The notes under the pieces were generated by a model, which was not told where the DNA came from, did not search any database, and saw only the letters and a program-made list of their open reading frames with translations. A stretch of 64,000 nucleotides of DNA from positions 192,001-256,000 of the forward strand of contig CAWBYW010000009.1 in assembly GCA_963792965.1 (NCBI GenBank). The letters are read 5' to 3'. The position numbers and the translations under genes were made by a program. The first letter of the stretch is position 1; every line of letters starts with the position of its first letter. The stretch is from an uncultured delta proteobacterium. Lineage in GTDB: Bacteria; Desulfobacterota; Zymogenia; Zymogenales; Zymogenaceae. Below, piece after piece: positions 18,117-28,015 of the stretch.

Positions 18117-19082
18117 CTATTCCCATTGATCGTTGAGCATTCGTTCCCACAACAACTCGCCGTATTCCTCAAGCCGATCGAGCTTGGATGCGTCGTCCAT
18201 CTTGATGACCTCCGTGAGGCGGACCTGAAAGCGCCGGAAGTCTATCTCCTTGAAGAACGTCTTCACGAGCCGCACCTGGAGTAAAATAGCGGAATGCTGA
18301 AACGCCCCCAACACCGGCTCGATCCATTCCCAGGCCCTCAGATGAGAGGCCTCCTCGGGGTCCCTGATGATCGGCATTTCGAGCCCCGTGCCGAGGGAAA
18401 TAAGGGTCGTCTCGGCGGGGTTCCAGTTATTTTTGGGATCCCACGACTGGGCAAGGTTGCACGCGTCCATCTGCGAAAGATAGTGCTGAATCTCATAGGC
18501 GGCCAGAAAACAGGGGTTGTTGTACGCGCCCACGCCACCGTCTACATACCGTCCCTCGACGGGTGGGAAAAATGACGGCGTCGCGCAGGAGGCCAAGACC
18601 GTCTTTGCGATTGACCAGTCGGCGTAATTGGAATCCGGGTCTTCCTCCCGTTCCTTCCAGGGCTTGACGAAGCAGGCCTTGTTCCGTATGAGATCAAATA
18701 CGGTGATCACCAGGTCCGTGGGCGGGTCCGCCTTCCAGAGGTCACCCATCGTGAGGCTCCCATACGCCTTGTGGAGCGCCTCCTTCAGCGCATCGTTTGA
18801 ATAACGATGATTCTCAAACCACCACAGCGGGCTCAGGAAGGTCTTCCTGAAGATCTCAGTGCCGATCGACAGATAATTCTCGTGGAGCTCCTTGATCGGA
18901 CGCCCGGCCGCGATCCCGGCGGCGACGATTGCGCCGGTCGAGGTCCCCGCCGCAAGGCGAAAGATCTCGTGGCATGATTTCCCGAGGTGGTCCTCAAGAC
19001 GCATGAGCGCTTTGGTGGCGATCACCCCCCTGATCCCGCCTCCGTCAATAGCGATAGCCACGTTTTTACGAAAAGGAATCAT
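18117..19082 (-). CDS. patatin-like phospholipase
   Basis: DGGGIRG, GTSTG, DGG. Confidence 0.92.
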   Translation of the reverse strand: MIPFRKNVAIAIDGGGIRGVIATKALMRLEDHLGKSCHEIFRLAAGTSTGAIVAAGIAAGRPIKELHENYLSIGTEIFRKTFLSPLWWFENHRYSNDALKEALHKAYGSLTMGDLWKADPPTDLVITVFDLIRNKACFVKPWKEREEDPDSNYADWSIAKTVLASCATPSFFPPVEGRYVDGGVGAYNNPCFLAAYEIQHYLSQMDACNLAQSWDPKNNWNPAETTLISLGTGLEMPIIRDPEEASHLRAWEWIEPVLGAFQHSAILLQVRLVKTFFKEIDFRRFQVRLTEVIKMDDASKLDRLEEYGELLWERMLNDQWE

Positions 19083-19336
19083 ATCTCCCTCCCTCGGTCG
19101 CTTTCAGTTTACGTGTTAGCGGGTGCTCGGGGTAATCGGCGTGCGAGTCTTGTGTTAGTCCCATTGTGTGAGGAGGCACAACGGACCCTCAATTATTTTC
19201 ACCCAAAAAGCGTGCATTTTCAAGAAAAAACCGCGCCCCGTCACGCGCGTGGCTGACGATAAGACGGGCGGCCCGGCACATGTCACGAGGCGCGGAAAGG
19301 AGCGAGGCCCGCCGCGGCTCCTCTTTCCTATTTAAC

Positions 19337-19366
19337 TTGACCGGCCACCGATGGTTTTGTTATAGT
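19337..19366 (+). promoter_or_regulatory. sigma70 promoter with extended -10
   Basis: TTGACC-18-TATAGT with TG upstream of the -10. Confidence 0.55.
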
Positions 19367-19484
19367 CGTATCCATTGTTTCTCATTTAAGGCCGTGCCGA
19401 CACGTTGCATGCGATGCCGTCCGTCAACAGAGCCGTCTCCATTGTTTCCCGATTCCCATCGCGCCAAAGAAAGGAGGAAGGTCC

Positions 19485-21410
19485 ATGACGATCCCGACCC
19501 ACAAACAACGAATCCTCATGACGATGCGCGGCGAGATGGCCGACAAGATCCCATTCGTCCCCCGTCTTGACCTCTGGTGGATCGCCAACAACCTCGGCGG
19601 CACCCTGCCGGCTAAATACAAGGACAAGAAGCCCGACGATATCGCGCGGGCCGAGGGCTGGGCCTGCTACCACATGGTTCCGGACTTCACCAACATGATC
19701 AAGAGCCCCGACGATATCCTGCACCGCTCCATCGGTCTGTTTAACTTCATCCAGTCGGTCTATGGGTGGCGTTTTTCCAGGGACATCGAGATCGAGGTCA
19801 AGAGCGAGGGGGGCCAGCAGATCGTTACCTACCACACCCCCAAGGGGACCGTCCGGACCGTTGGCGGGCTGACGGAAGAGATGCAGAGGGCCGGGGCGTC
19901 GCTCGGCTGGACCCAGGAACATATCATCAAGAAACCCGAAGACTATCCAATCGTCGGCTACATCTTCGAGCATATCGACGTCTTCCCGCAGTATGAGACC
20001 GCGGTGGCCTATATGGATACGGTTGGGGACGACGGCGTAGTGGCCGCCGGCGGGGCTTCGCTCGGGGCCTCCCCGATGCACCACATCCAGAAGGAGTTCC
20101 TCGATCCGACTCGTTTCTATTACGAATATAACGACCACCCAAAAGAGATGCGGCGGCTTTCCGAGAGCATCGCGGTTTATTTCGAAAAGGTGTTAAAGGT
20201 GATCGGAGACTCGCCGGCCGAGGTGTCGCTCTGGGGCGCAAATTACGACGATATGCTCACCTACCCCCCCTATTTCGAGAAGGAAATCCTGCCCTGGCTG
20301 CGCAAGGCCTCCGAATATCTCGGCTCGCGCGGGAAGCTCGTGGCCACGCACACCGATGGAGAGAACTTCGGCCTGATGGACCTCATCCGGGATTCGGGCG
20401 TGCACGTGGCCGAGTCGGTCACCCCCTGGCCGATGACGAAGGTCAGGATCGAAGAGTATTACCACCGCTGGCACGATCGCCTCACGATCATGGGCGGCAT
20501 ACCCGAGTCGGTCCTCTCGGCCGACACGGCAAGCGACGAGGAGTTCGAAGCGTTCATGACCAACCTCTTGGGGAGCGTCGCCCCGGGAGACCGACTCATC
20601 CTCGGAACCGCCGATTCCACCCCCCCCAAGGCCGTCTTTGAGCGGCTCGTCAGGATCGGAGAGCGAATAGAGGAACAGGGAAGGCTCCCGCTCACGGCGG
20701 GCGGCTATCGACCGATGACCGATGAGCGTATGCGTGAGGCGACGGCGGCCCTCTCGGTGAGGCGTCCCGACGATAAGGATTTTTCCGCGATCCAGGACGC
20801 AATCATCGAGGGGGACGAGGAATCGCTACTCTCCCGCATAAAAGAGCTCCTCGCCCGGAAACTCTCCGCCCATGACATCCTCCACCGGGGCATGATCCCG
20901 GCCATGGAGATCGTGGGGCGGCGCTTCAAGGACGGAGACCTTTTTATCCCCGAAGTGCTCCTCTCGGCCCGCGCGATGAATACGGCGCTGGCCGAGCTCG
21001 AGCCGCACCTTGCCGCCGGTAAGGAACAAAAGGGCGCCACGGTCCTCATCGGCACCGTCCGGGGGGACATGCACGACATCGGAAAGAACATGGTGTCCAT
21101 CATGCTCAAGGGCGTGGGATTTAACGTGATCGATATCGGCATCAACGTCGATGCCCCGGAGTTCGTTCGTCGGGTCCAGATCGCCAAGCCCGATATCCTC
21201 GGCCTCTCGGCGCTCTTGACCACAACGATGGATCAGATGAGGGTCGTCATCGACGCGCTGAAGGAAAAAGGTTTGAGAGATTCCGTAAGGGTGATGGTCG
21301 GCGGGGCGCCCGTCAACAAGAAGTTTGCCGACGCCGTCGGCGCCGACGGCTACGCCAAGGACGCCGTCGAGGCGGTGGATCTGGCAAAAGTGCTCGCAGG
21401 CCGGCACTGA
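19485..21410 (+). CDS. UroD/MT2-fold methyltransferase fused to a corrinoid (B12-binding) protein
   Basis: N-terminal UroD-like barrel (ATHTDG, IMGGIP, ILGTAD); C-terminal cap FIPEVLLSARAM and GDMHDIGKN (DxHxxG), SALLTTT, VGGAP. Confidence 0.88.
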   Translation: MTIPTHKQRILMTMRGEMADKIPFVPRLDLWWIANNLGGTLPAKYKDKKPDDIARAEGWACYHMVPDFTNMIKSPDDILHRSIGLFNFIQSVYGWRFSRDIEIEVKSEGGQQIVTYHTPKGTVRTVGGLTEEMQRAGASLGWTQEHIIKKPEDYPIVGYIFEHIDVFPQYETAVAYMDTVGDDGVVAAGGASLGASPMHHIQKEFLDPTRFYYEYNDHPKEMRRLSESIAVYFEKVLKVIGDSPAEVSLWGANYDDMLTYPPYFEKEILPWLRKASEYLGSRGKLVATHTDGENFGLMDLIRDSGVHVAESVTPWPMTKVRIEEYYHRWHDRLTIMGGIPESVLSADTASDEEFEAFMTNLLGSVAPGDRLILGTADSTPPKAVFERLVRIGERIEEQGRLPLTAGGYRPMTDERMREATAALSVRRPDDKDFSAIQDAIIEGDEESLLSRIKELLARKLSAHDILHRGMIPAMEIVGRRFKDGDLFIPEVLLSARAMNTALAELEPHLAAGKEQKGATVLIGTVRGDMHDIGKNMVSIMLKGVGFNVIDIGINVDAPEFVRRVQIAKPDILGLSALLTTTMDQMRVVIDALKEKGLRDSVRVMVGGAPVNKKFADAVGADGYAKDAVEAVDLAKVLAGRH

Positions 21411-21489
21411 GAACAGCGACCCTGCGCACACGAAGGGCATGGAGGAAATTGTTGGCCTTCCCTAACACATAGTCGTGAGGTACGTACCC

Positions 21490-22011
21490 ATGAAGATCCT
21501 GGTAACTTATTTTACCCAGACCACTAACACCGAAAAAATCGCCCGCGCAATATTTGATGAGGTCTCAAAGACGCATGAGGCCGATCTTGCGCGGATCGAC
21601 GAGATTGCGCCCGATCAGGCCGGCCGATACGACCTGGTCTTTATGGGCTCCCCCTGCCACGCGGGTGACCTTTCGGCCGCGGCCAAATCTTTTCTCATGG
21701 GCCTCCCCCAGCAGGGCGCGTTTGCCCTGGCGGGGTTCATCACTCACTCCTCCTCGGCCTATGAAAAGGAAGGGTTCGCCAAGTGCATTACGACGCTTGA
21801 GACCATAAGCGCCGAAAAAGGTATTAAATTTCTCGGTTGTTTTGATTGTCAAGGATACCTCTCTGCCGACATACAGCCGTACGTCAAGAAGTCGCGAAAG
21901 GCGTCCGATGACGAGTGGAATAAGATCGTCGAGAAGATGACCGGCCACCCCGACAGTGAGGACGAACAAAAGGCGCGGGCGTTTGCTCACGAAACGGTGG
22001 AAAAGGTGTGA
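21490..22011 (+). CDS. flavodoxin-like protein
   Basis: YFTQTTNTEKIA, MGSPCH, GHPD.ED..A..FA. Confidence 0.87.
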   Translation: MKILVTYFTQTTNTEKIARAIFDEVSKTHEADLARIDEIAPDQAGRYDLVFMGSPCHAGDLSAAAKSFLMGLPQQGAFALAGFITHSSSAYEKEGFAKCITTLETISAEKGIKFLGCFDCQGYLSADIQPYVKKSRKASDDEWNKIVEKMTGHPDSEDEQKARAFAHETVEKV

Positions 22012-22075
22012 GAGTTCGCACGGCCCTATGAGGCGCGTATCGGACGCGCCGTGATGTCGGGTCCGCTCCTTGGGC

Positions 22076-22840
22076 TCAGGCAGGTCCATCGGCCGGGATG
22101 CTACGTCTCATCGGCCTAAACTCGTCCCCCTCAAGCACCACATAGTCCCGTCTGTCCATCCAACGTCCGACGTTGACGTAAGTCCGTCGCCTTCCGTCAA
22201 GCTCCATCTTCCACAGGTCGGGCTGGTGAACGTGGCCGAGCACAACGCCGTCATATCCCTCAAAGAATCTCAGGACCGCAAACTCCCGGCAGATTCCCTC
22301 CCGATCGTCCTTCTTGTTGTCGGTATAGACGCGGCTGGCGCGGCTCATTGCCCGCGCGATCTTCTCCAGCATAAAGGGTGGAACAAGGCGCCCGAGCACC
22401 TTGACCGGGAGGCTCCGTAGCAACCGTCGCAGGAAGCGGTAGCCCCAGTCCTTCTTGTTCACCTGATCCCCATGGGCCACAAGGATCCTGAGCCCGCCGT
22501 GCGTCAGCTCCCACTGGCTCGGATGAACGGTGGCGCCCAAGGACTCCGTGAAGAAGGGCCCCATGAAGAAATCGTGGTTTCCCTCCGTGTAGTGGATCGC
22601 GACGCCCCTTCGTGAGAGGGTAAGCAATGACGAAAGAACCGAGAGGAACTTATAGGGGATGACGTAGCGAAAGCCCATCCAGAAGTCAAACAGATCTCCC
22701 ATGATGACCACGGCGTCGGCCGGCCCAAGGCTCGCGGTCAGCTCGTCGAGGAACGCGACTAAGTCACGGAAGTCCTCTCCCTGTGGGTCGGAAAGGTGCG
22801 CATCGGGAAGAAAAACGATCCTGCCGCTTCCGTCCGTCAT
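22076..22840 (-). CDS. lpxH: UDP-2,3-diacylglucosamine diphosphatase
   Basis: DAHL, GDLFDFW, GNHDF, HGD, GHVH. Confidence 0.8.
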   Translation of the reverse strand: MTDGSGRIVFLPDAHLSDPQGEDFRDLVAFLDELTASLGPADAVVIMGDLFDFWMGFRYVIPYKFLSVLSSLLTLSRRGVAIHYTEGNHDFFMGPFFTESLGATVHPSQWELTHGGLRILVAHGDQVNKKDWGYRFLRRLLRSLPVKVLGRLVPPFMLEKIARAMSRASRVYTDNKKDDREGICREFAVLRFFEGYDGVVLGHVHQPDLWKMELDGRRRTYVNVGRWMDRRDYVVLEGDEFRPMRRSIPADGPA

Positions 22841-23724
22841 TCCCCCTCTCCGCTTTTCATGGCGGCTTTCGTCTCATCGTCGCTGTCTTTCGGCGCCTTC
22901 TTCTTCCCGAAGAAGAAGATCATCCAGATGCTGAGCTCGTAGAGGATGAAGAGCGGCACAGACAACAACGTCTGGTTGAAGATATCGCCCGTCGGCGTCA
23001 GGATCGCGCCGAGGATGAACGCGCCGAGGAGCGCATAGGGGCGAAACTTCTTGAGATCCTGGTAGGAGACGATCCCGAATCTCGAAAGCAGGAAGATAAC
23101 AACCGGCAGCTCGAACGACACGCCGAAAGCGAGGAGCATCCACATGACGAAGGAAAAATATTCCTGCATCTTGATCAGGGGGACCTCCCCCGTGCCTTTC
23201 GTTATTGCGATGAGGACCTTAAACCCTGCGGGGAAGACGACGAAGTAGGCGAACGCGGCCCCCCCGACAAAGAGGAGAAATGAGACGACCGTCACCGGGA
23301 CCAGCATGCTTCTCTCTTTCTTGTAGAGACCGGGGGAAATGAAGGCCCAGATCTGGTAGAGGATGTAGGGCGAAGCGATGAAGATGCCCGCGACCAGCCC
23401 CACCTTGAGGTAGGTGAAGAAGGCCTCGGTCAAGCCGGTATAGATGAGATTGTGGAGGACGACTTTCGAGCTGCTGCCGGGGCCCAGTATCAGCCCGACC
23501 TTGCCCGACTTGGCGCCCAATTGAGCAAGCGCATTGACGAGGGGCCGTTTCAGAAACGTGAAGATCGGCCCCGAGAAGTAATAGCCGATCCCGAAGCCCA
23601 CAGCCGCGGCGATGAGAATCCTGATGAGGCGTTTTCTCAGCTCCTCAAGGTGCTCAAGGATCGTCATTGTGACGTCGCCGCTGTTGTTTTCCTTTTCGGC
23701 CAAGAAGCTCCCCTCTTCCCCCAC
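22837..23724 (-). CDS. tatC: twin-arginine translocase subunit TatC
   Basis: HLEELRKRL, EAFFTYLK, WAFISPGLY, FELP. Confidence 0.96.
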   Translation of the reverse strand: MGEEGSFLAEKENNSGDVTMTILEHLEELRKRLIRILIAAAVGFGIGYYFSGPIFTFLKRPLVNALAQLGAKSGKVGLILGPGSSSKVVLHNLIYTGLTEAFFTYLKVGLVAGIFIASPYILYQIWAFISPGLYKKERSMLVPVTVVSFLLFVGGAAFAYFVVFPAGFKVLIAITKGTGEVPLIKMQEYFSFVMWMLLAFGVSFELPVVIFLLSRFGIVSYQDLKKFRPYALLGAFILGAILTPTGDIFNQTLLSVPLFILYELSIWMIFFFGKKKAPKDSDDETKAAMKSGEGE

Positions 23725-23988
23725 CTATCCCCTCAGCTCGTGGTCGTTGTCCTGCTTAGGCGGTGCCCCTTCTTCCTTTTTATTCGGGGTGCTCTCGGGT
23801 TGGTCCTTCATTATCTCGGAGAAGACGTCGTTTACGTTCACGGAGCCCTTGATGCCGTCCACTGCCTTTTTCAGATCCTTGTAGCCCTTGCCGAGGGTCC
23901 GTGCAACTTCCGGCAGCTTCTTGGGCCCGAGGATCACGAGGGCAAGGATGACGATGATAAACAGCTCTTGGCCTGAAACTCCAAACAT
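23725..23988 (-). CDS. tatB: twin-arginine translocase TatA/TatB subunit
   Basis: MFGVSGQEL...LGPKKLPEVARTLGK; directly upstream of tatC. Confidence 0.85.
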   Translation of the reverse strand: MFGVSGQELFIIVILALVILGPKKLPEVARTLGKGYKDLKKAVDGIKGSVNVNDVFSEIMKDQPESTPNKKEEGAPPKQDNDHELRG

Positions 23989-23994
23989 ATTGTC

Positions 23995-24023
23995 ATCATA
24001 GATTCTTTTCGGTCTCCTGTCAA
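23995..24023 (-). promoter_or_regulatory. sigma70 promoter of tatB-tatC-lpxH
   Basis: TTGACA-17-TATGAT, ending 6 nt before the ATG. Confidence 0.7.
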
Positions 24024-24088
24024 GGCCATATTTTTCATTTTACTTTATCCGAGAACGGCTTTATCATAGATAAGAAAGGAGGGCACCT

Positions 24089-26728
24089 ATGAAAAGAATG
24101 ACAATGGTTACCACGCTTATTGTCCTGTTCCTTATATCAATTACGACCATTTGTAGCGGGTCGGAAATTGAGCATTATACCCTTAAGAACGGTATGGTGG
24201 TCGTACTGCTGCCCGACCACTCGACTCCCGCCGTCTCCATGAACATCTGGGTCGGCGTGGGGGGATTCAACGAAACGCAAGACCAGTCCGGAATGTCTCA
24301 CTTCGTCGAGCATATGGTCTTTAAAGGGAGCAACACCCTCGGCCCGGGCGAGGGGCCAGACATTATCGAAGCCGCTGGCGGAAATTTTAACGCGTATACC
24401 GAGCTTGACGACACCGTGCTTACCGCAAGCGTGCCCTCAAGCGCCACGGAGACGCTGATCAAGGTTCTCTCCGATACGGCGCTTGACGCCACGTTTGTTC
24501 CCGATGAGTTGGAGCGGGAACGCCAGGTTGTCCTGGAGGAAATCAGGATGGATATGGATAACCCTGATGTCCGCATCTCGAACCTCTTCTTTGAGAAGGC
24601 GTTTCACGGTTTCCCCTACGGCAAGCCCGTTATCGGGACCGCCGCCAAGGTCAAGGGGTATTCTCGTGACGCGCTGTATGCCTGGTACAAAACCCATTGG
24701 CGGCCCGAAAACATGGTCGCGGTGCTCGTGGGCGATTTTGATCCCGTGAGCGTAAAACCGATGATCCAGCACTATCTGGGGCAGGCCCCAGAGGTCGGCG
24801 TGCCCACCCCGCCGCACATCCCCTACCCCGTCCTGATGGGAAGTTCTGTTTCCGGCATCGCCGCCCCCGTTCAGAAGACCTATCTCTATATCGGATTCAA
24901 TACCCCGCCGATCACCGATAACGACCTCTATCCCCTCGACGTGGCCGCCCTTATCCTCGGCCGCGGAACGGGATCCCGCCTCTATCGGGCGGTTGTGGAT
25001 AAGGGGCTGGCCTATTCGATCGACGCCTCATCATACACCCCCAAGGAGGCGGGCCTCTTCGCGGTATCGGCGACCCTCGATTCCTCCGAGATCATTGCCA
25101 CGGTACGCGCCGCGATCGAGGAGTTCTCCCGTCTCTCCTCCATAGAGGTCACCGACGAAGAGCTTACCAAGGCGCGCAACGAGACGACGGCCGATTTCAT
25201 CTTCGACAAGGAGACCTACGACGGCCGCGCGTCCTCGCTGGGCTTTTTCGAGACGGCGACGGGCGACGTCAACTTCGAAAAGAAATACCTTGCCGGGATA
25301 AGCGGCGTCACGGGCGCCGATATCGTGCGCGTTGCGAAAAAATACTTTGTCCCCGAGAATATGACGATCACCTATCTGGTGCCTGACCAGGACAAAAAGG
25401 CGATCGCCGACGAAGAGATCAAGACGGCGGCAATCGGCGCCTTCACCTCGCCCATGGGGAACGAACGCACGCCTCCCGCGCTCATAGCAGAGCCCAAGGG
25501 GTACAAGGCGTTGCTCGAAAACGGCGTCAGGCTGGTCATCAAGGAGAACCATTCACTGCCCATCGTGTCTGTTGTGGCGGCCTTTGACGGGGGGGTGCGC
25601 ACCGAAACGGAAAAGACTAACGGGGTCACGAACCTCGTTTCCAGCATGCTCACCCGCGGTACAACGAGCCTCACCGCTCAGACCATCGCGGAAAGAATAG
25701 AGCTGATCGCCGCAGATATCCACGGATTTTCGGGGCAGGACACCTTCGGCCTTAAGGCGGAGTTCCTCACGCAGTACCAGGACGAAGGGTGGGGGCTCAT
25801 CTCCGATATGATCATCAACCCCTCTTTCGATTCCGATGAACTGGCGAAGGTAAAGGATATCACCCTGGCCGCAATAGAAGAGGGCAAGGACGATCTCCCC
25901 CAACGGACGATTGACCTCTTCAAGAAGACCCTCTACCGAAGCCAGCCTTACGGTCTGCCCACGATCGGAACGAAGTCAAGCGTCGAGGGCCTTTCGCACG
26001 AGGAACTGGTCGCCTACTGGGGCGCCCATGCCTCTCCGTCCACGATGGTCATCTCCGTGGTCGGCGACGTTAAGGCCGACGAGGTGCTCAAAAGGGTGAA
26101 CGATCTCTTCGGAGGCTGGAAGAGACAGACGAACGTGCCCGCCGCCCCGATGGTGATCACCCCTCCGGCGCGATCGGTCACAGCCACCGAGACCGTCGCC
26201 AATAAAGAGCAGGCCCATATCTTCCTCGGTTTTCTCGGGGCGGACTATCTATCCAACGACTATTGGTCCATGGATGTCCTGACGGCGGTCCTCTCCGGCA
26301 TGGGAGGGAGAATGTTCGTGGAGCTGCGGGAAAAGCAGGGGCTGGCCTATACCGTCGACGCAATCAATCACGGGGGGATCTATCCGGGCTTTTTCGGGAT
26401 ATACATGGGGACGGCGCCGAAAAACCTGACCCGTTCCGTGGCCGGCATCGATAAAGAGCTCCTGAAGGTCAAAAAGGATGGGATTACGGCCGAGGAGCTC
26501 ACGCGCGCCAAGAGCTATCTGATCGGCAACTTCGAGCTCGGCCTCCAGAGCAACACCACTACGGCCCTTACCATGGCGACCGACGAGATCTACGGGCTTG
26601 GGTACGACTTCTACCTGAGGTACCCCGAGAAGATCGACGCGGTAACCATCGATGACGTCAAGAAGGCGGCCGACAAATATATCGATCTGAACCATTCGGT
26701 CCTGACGATTGTCAAGCCGTCCTTTTAG
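24089..26728 (+). CDS. exported M16 (pitrilysin/PqqL-like) zinc protease, two fused halves
   Basis: Signal peptide; HFVEH inverted zinc motif; second half lacks HxxEH and has LREKQGLAY. Confidence 0.92.
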   Translation: MKRMTMVTTLIVLFLISITTICSGSEIEHYTLKNGMVVVLLPDHSTPAVSMNIWVGVGGFNETQDQSGMSHFVEHMVFKGSNTLGPGEGPDIIEAAGGNFNAYTELDDTVLTASVPSSATETLIKVLSDTALDATFVPDELERERQVVLEEIRMDMDNPDVRISNLFFEKAFHGFPYGKPVIGTAAKVKGYSRDALYAWYKTHWRPENMVAVLVGDFDPVSVKPMIQHYLGQAPEVGVPTPPHIPYPVLMGSSVSGIAAPVQKTYLYIGFNTPPITDNDLYPLDVAALILGRGTGSRLYRAVVDKGLAYSIDASSYTPKEAGLFAVSATLDSSEIIATVRAAIEEFSRLSSIEVTDEELTKARNETTADFIFDKETYDGRASSLGFFETATGDVNFEKKYLAGISGVTGADIVRVAKKYFVPENMTITYLVPDQDKKAIADEEIKTAAIGAFTSPMGNERTPPALIAEPKGYKALLENGVRLVIKENHSLPIVSVVAAFDGGVRTETEKTNGVTNLVSSMLTRGTTSLTAQTIAERIELIAADIHGFSGQDTFGLKAEFLTQYQDEGWGLISDMIINPSFDSDELAKVKDITLAAIEEGKDDLPQRTIDLFKKTLYRSQPYGLPTIGTKSSVEGLSHEELVAYWGAHASPSTMVISVVGDVKADEVLKRVNDLFGGWKRQTNVPAAPMVITPPARSVTATETVANKEQAHIFLGFLGADYLSNDYWSMDVLTAVLSGMGGRMFVELREKQGLAYTVDAINHGGIYPGFFGIYMGTAPKNLTRSVAGIDKELLKVKKDGITAEELTRAKSYLIGNFELGLQSNTTTALTMATDEIYGLGYDFYLRYPEKIDAVTIDDVKKAADKYIDLNHSVLTIVKPSF

Positions 26729-27902
26729 CCCGGACGAAAAGGAGCATAATCGACGACAGAAACGCAAAGCCTGCGCCCATGACGAACGCATAGACGATCC
26801 CGACGTACTGCCAGACGAGACCGAAGACGATGCTTGACGGCAGTGCCGCGATACCGACCATCAGGTTATAGAGGCCGTAGGCGGTCCCCCGACGGTCCTC
26901 CGGCACGAGATCCGCCACGAGGGCCCGCTCGGCGCCCTCCGTGAGCCCGAAGTAGATACCGTAGAGGGCAAAGAGCACCCAGATACCGGCGACGTGGGTG
27001 GTAAACCCGAAGGCGAGGTATATGGCTGCGTAGACAACCCAGCCTGCGATAATCACCCGTTTCCTGCCGATCCTGTCCGACAGAGACCCTCCGGGGATGC
27101 CGGTGACCGCTTTCACGGCGTTAAGCACCATCCAAAGGATCGGGATCTGGGCCTCCGGGATCCCGGCGTTGCTGGCGCGAAGGAGCAGGAACGCGTCCGA
27201 GGAGTTGCCGAGGGTGAATATGAGCACTACTACCAGATAGTACCTGAAATTTGCGTCCATTTCCTTCAGCCCGCCTCGAAGGGATAACGTCCTGGCGGGC
27301 TTTTTCGGCTTGACCTCCTTGACGAAGAAGAAGACGATGATGAGAACGACAACCCCGGGGATCGCCGAGAGATAGAAGAGGGTGCTCAGATTGTTGTCGA
27401 TCAGCGGCAGGATGAGGGCGGCGCTCAGTGGTCCGAGGATCGCCCCGGCATTGTCCATCGCCCGCTGGAAGCCGAAGGTGATCCCCCGCTTCCCGCTTTC
27501 GGCCGAATCGGCCAACAGCGCGTCACGCGGCGCAGTTCTGATCCCTTTCCCGATCCGGTCGGAAAACCTCAACAGCAAGACGTGCCACCACGCCCCCGCG
27601 GCACCGATGAGGGGCCGCACGACGTTGGAGATGCTGTACCCCGCCACAAATATCGGCTTTCGCCTCTTATACTTGTCCGACCAGTACCCGGAAAAGAATT
27701 TCAGGATCGACGCCGTAGTCTCCGCGACACCCTCGATGATCCCGAGGGACGCGGCCCCCGCCTTGAGGACCGTCGTCAGGAAGAGCGGAAGCAACGAATA
27801 AATCATCTCCGAGGCGTAGTCGTTAAAGAAGCTGACCAGCCCCACGAAGAAAATATTTCGTCGAGCGTCCTTTCTTTCGTCGTTTCTTGCCTTATTGACC
27901 AT
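26712..27902 (-). CDS. MFS transporter
   Basis: VSFFND..SEM, DRIGKGIRTAPRDAL, multiple TM helices. Confidence 0.93.
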   Translation of the reverse strand: MVNKARNDERKDARRNIFFVGLVSFFNDYASEMIYSLLPLFLTTVLKAGAASLGIIEGVAETTASILKFFSGYWSDKYKRRKPIFVAGYSISNVVRPLIGAAGAWWHVLLLRFSDRIGKGIRTAPRDALLADSAESGKRGITFGFQRAMDNAGAILGPLSAALILPLIDNNLSTLFYLSAIPGVVVLIIVFFFVKEVKPKKPARTLSLRGGLKEMDANFRYYLVVVLIFTLGNSSDAFLLLRASNAGIPEAQIPILWMVLNAVKAVTGIPGGSLSDRIGRKRVIIAGWVVYAAIYLAFGFTTHVAGIWVLFALYGIYFGLTEGAERALVADLVPEDRRGTAYGLYNLMVGIAALPSSIVFGLVWQYVGIVYAFVMGAGFAFLSSIMLLFVRAKRTA

Positions 27903-28015
27903 TCGTCACCTCGCGCCGGCGTTCTGATCCACACCAACCAGACCCAAAAACCTCACACACCACAGGCGTATGTCATCAGTCCCGGTGATACAGCCACGTC
28001 ACAACAAAAAGGTCC

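Noticed and set aside
18117-19082. Patatin as a CBASS/CapV defence effector
   Set aside because: No CD-NTase or other defence gene nearby; neighbours are lipid metabolism genes
19083-19484. Cobalamin riboswitch upstream of the corrinoid fusion
   Set aside because: No B12-box or conserved GGGAA/GCCACTG elements recognised
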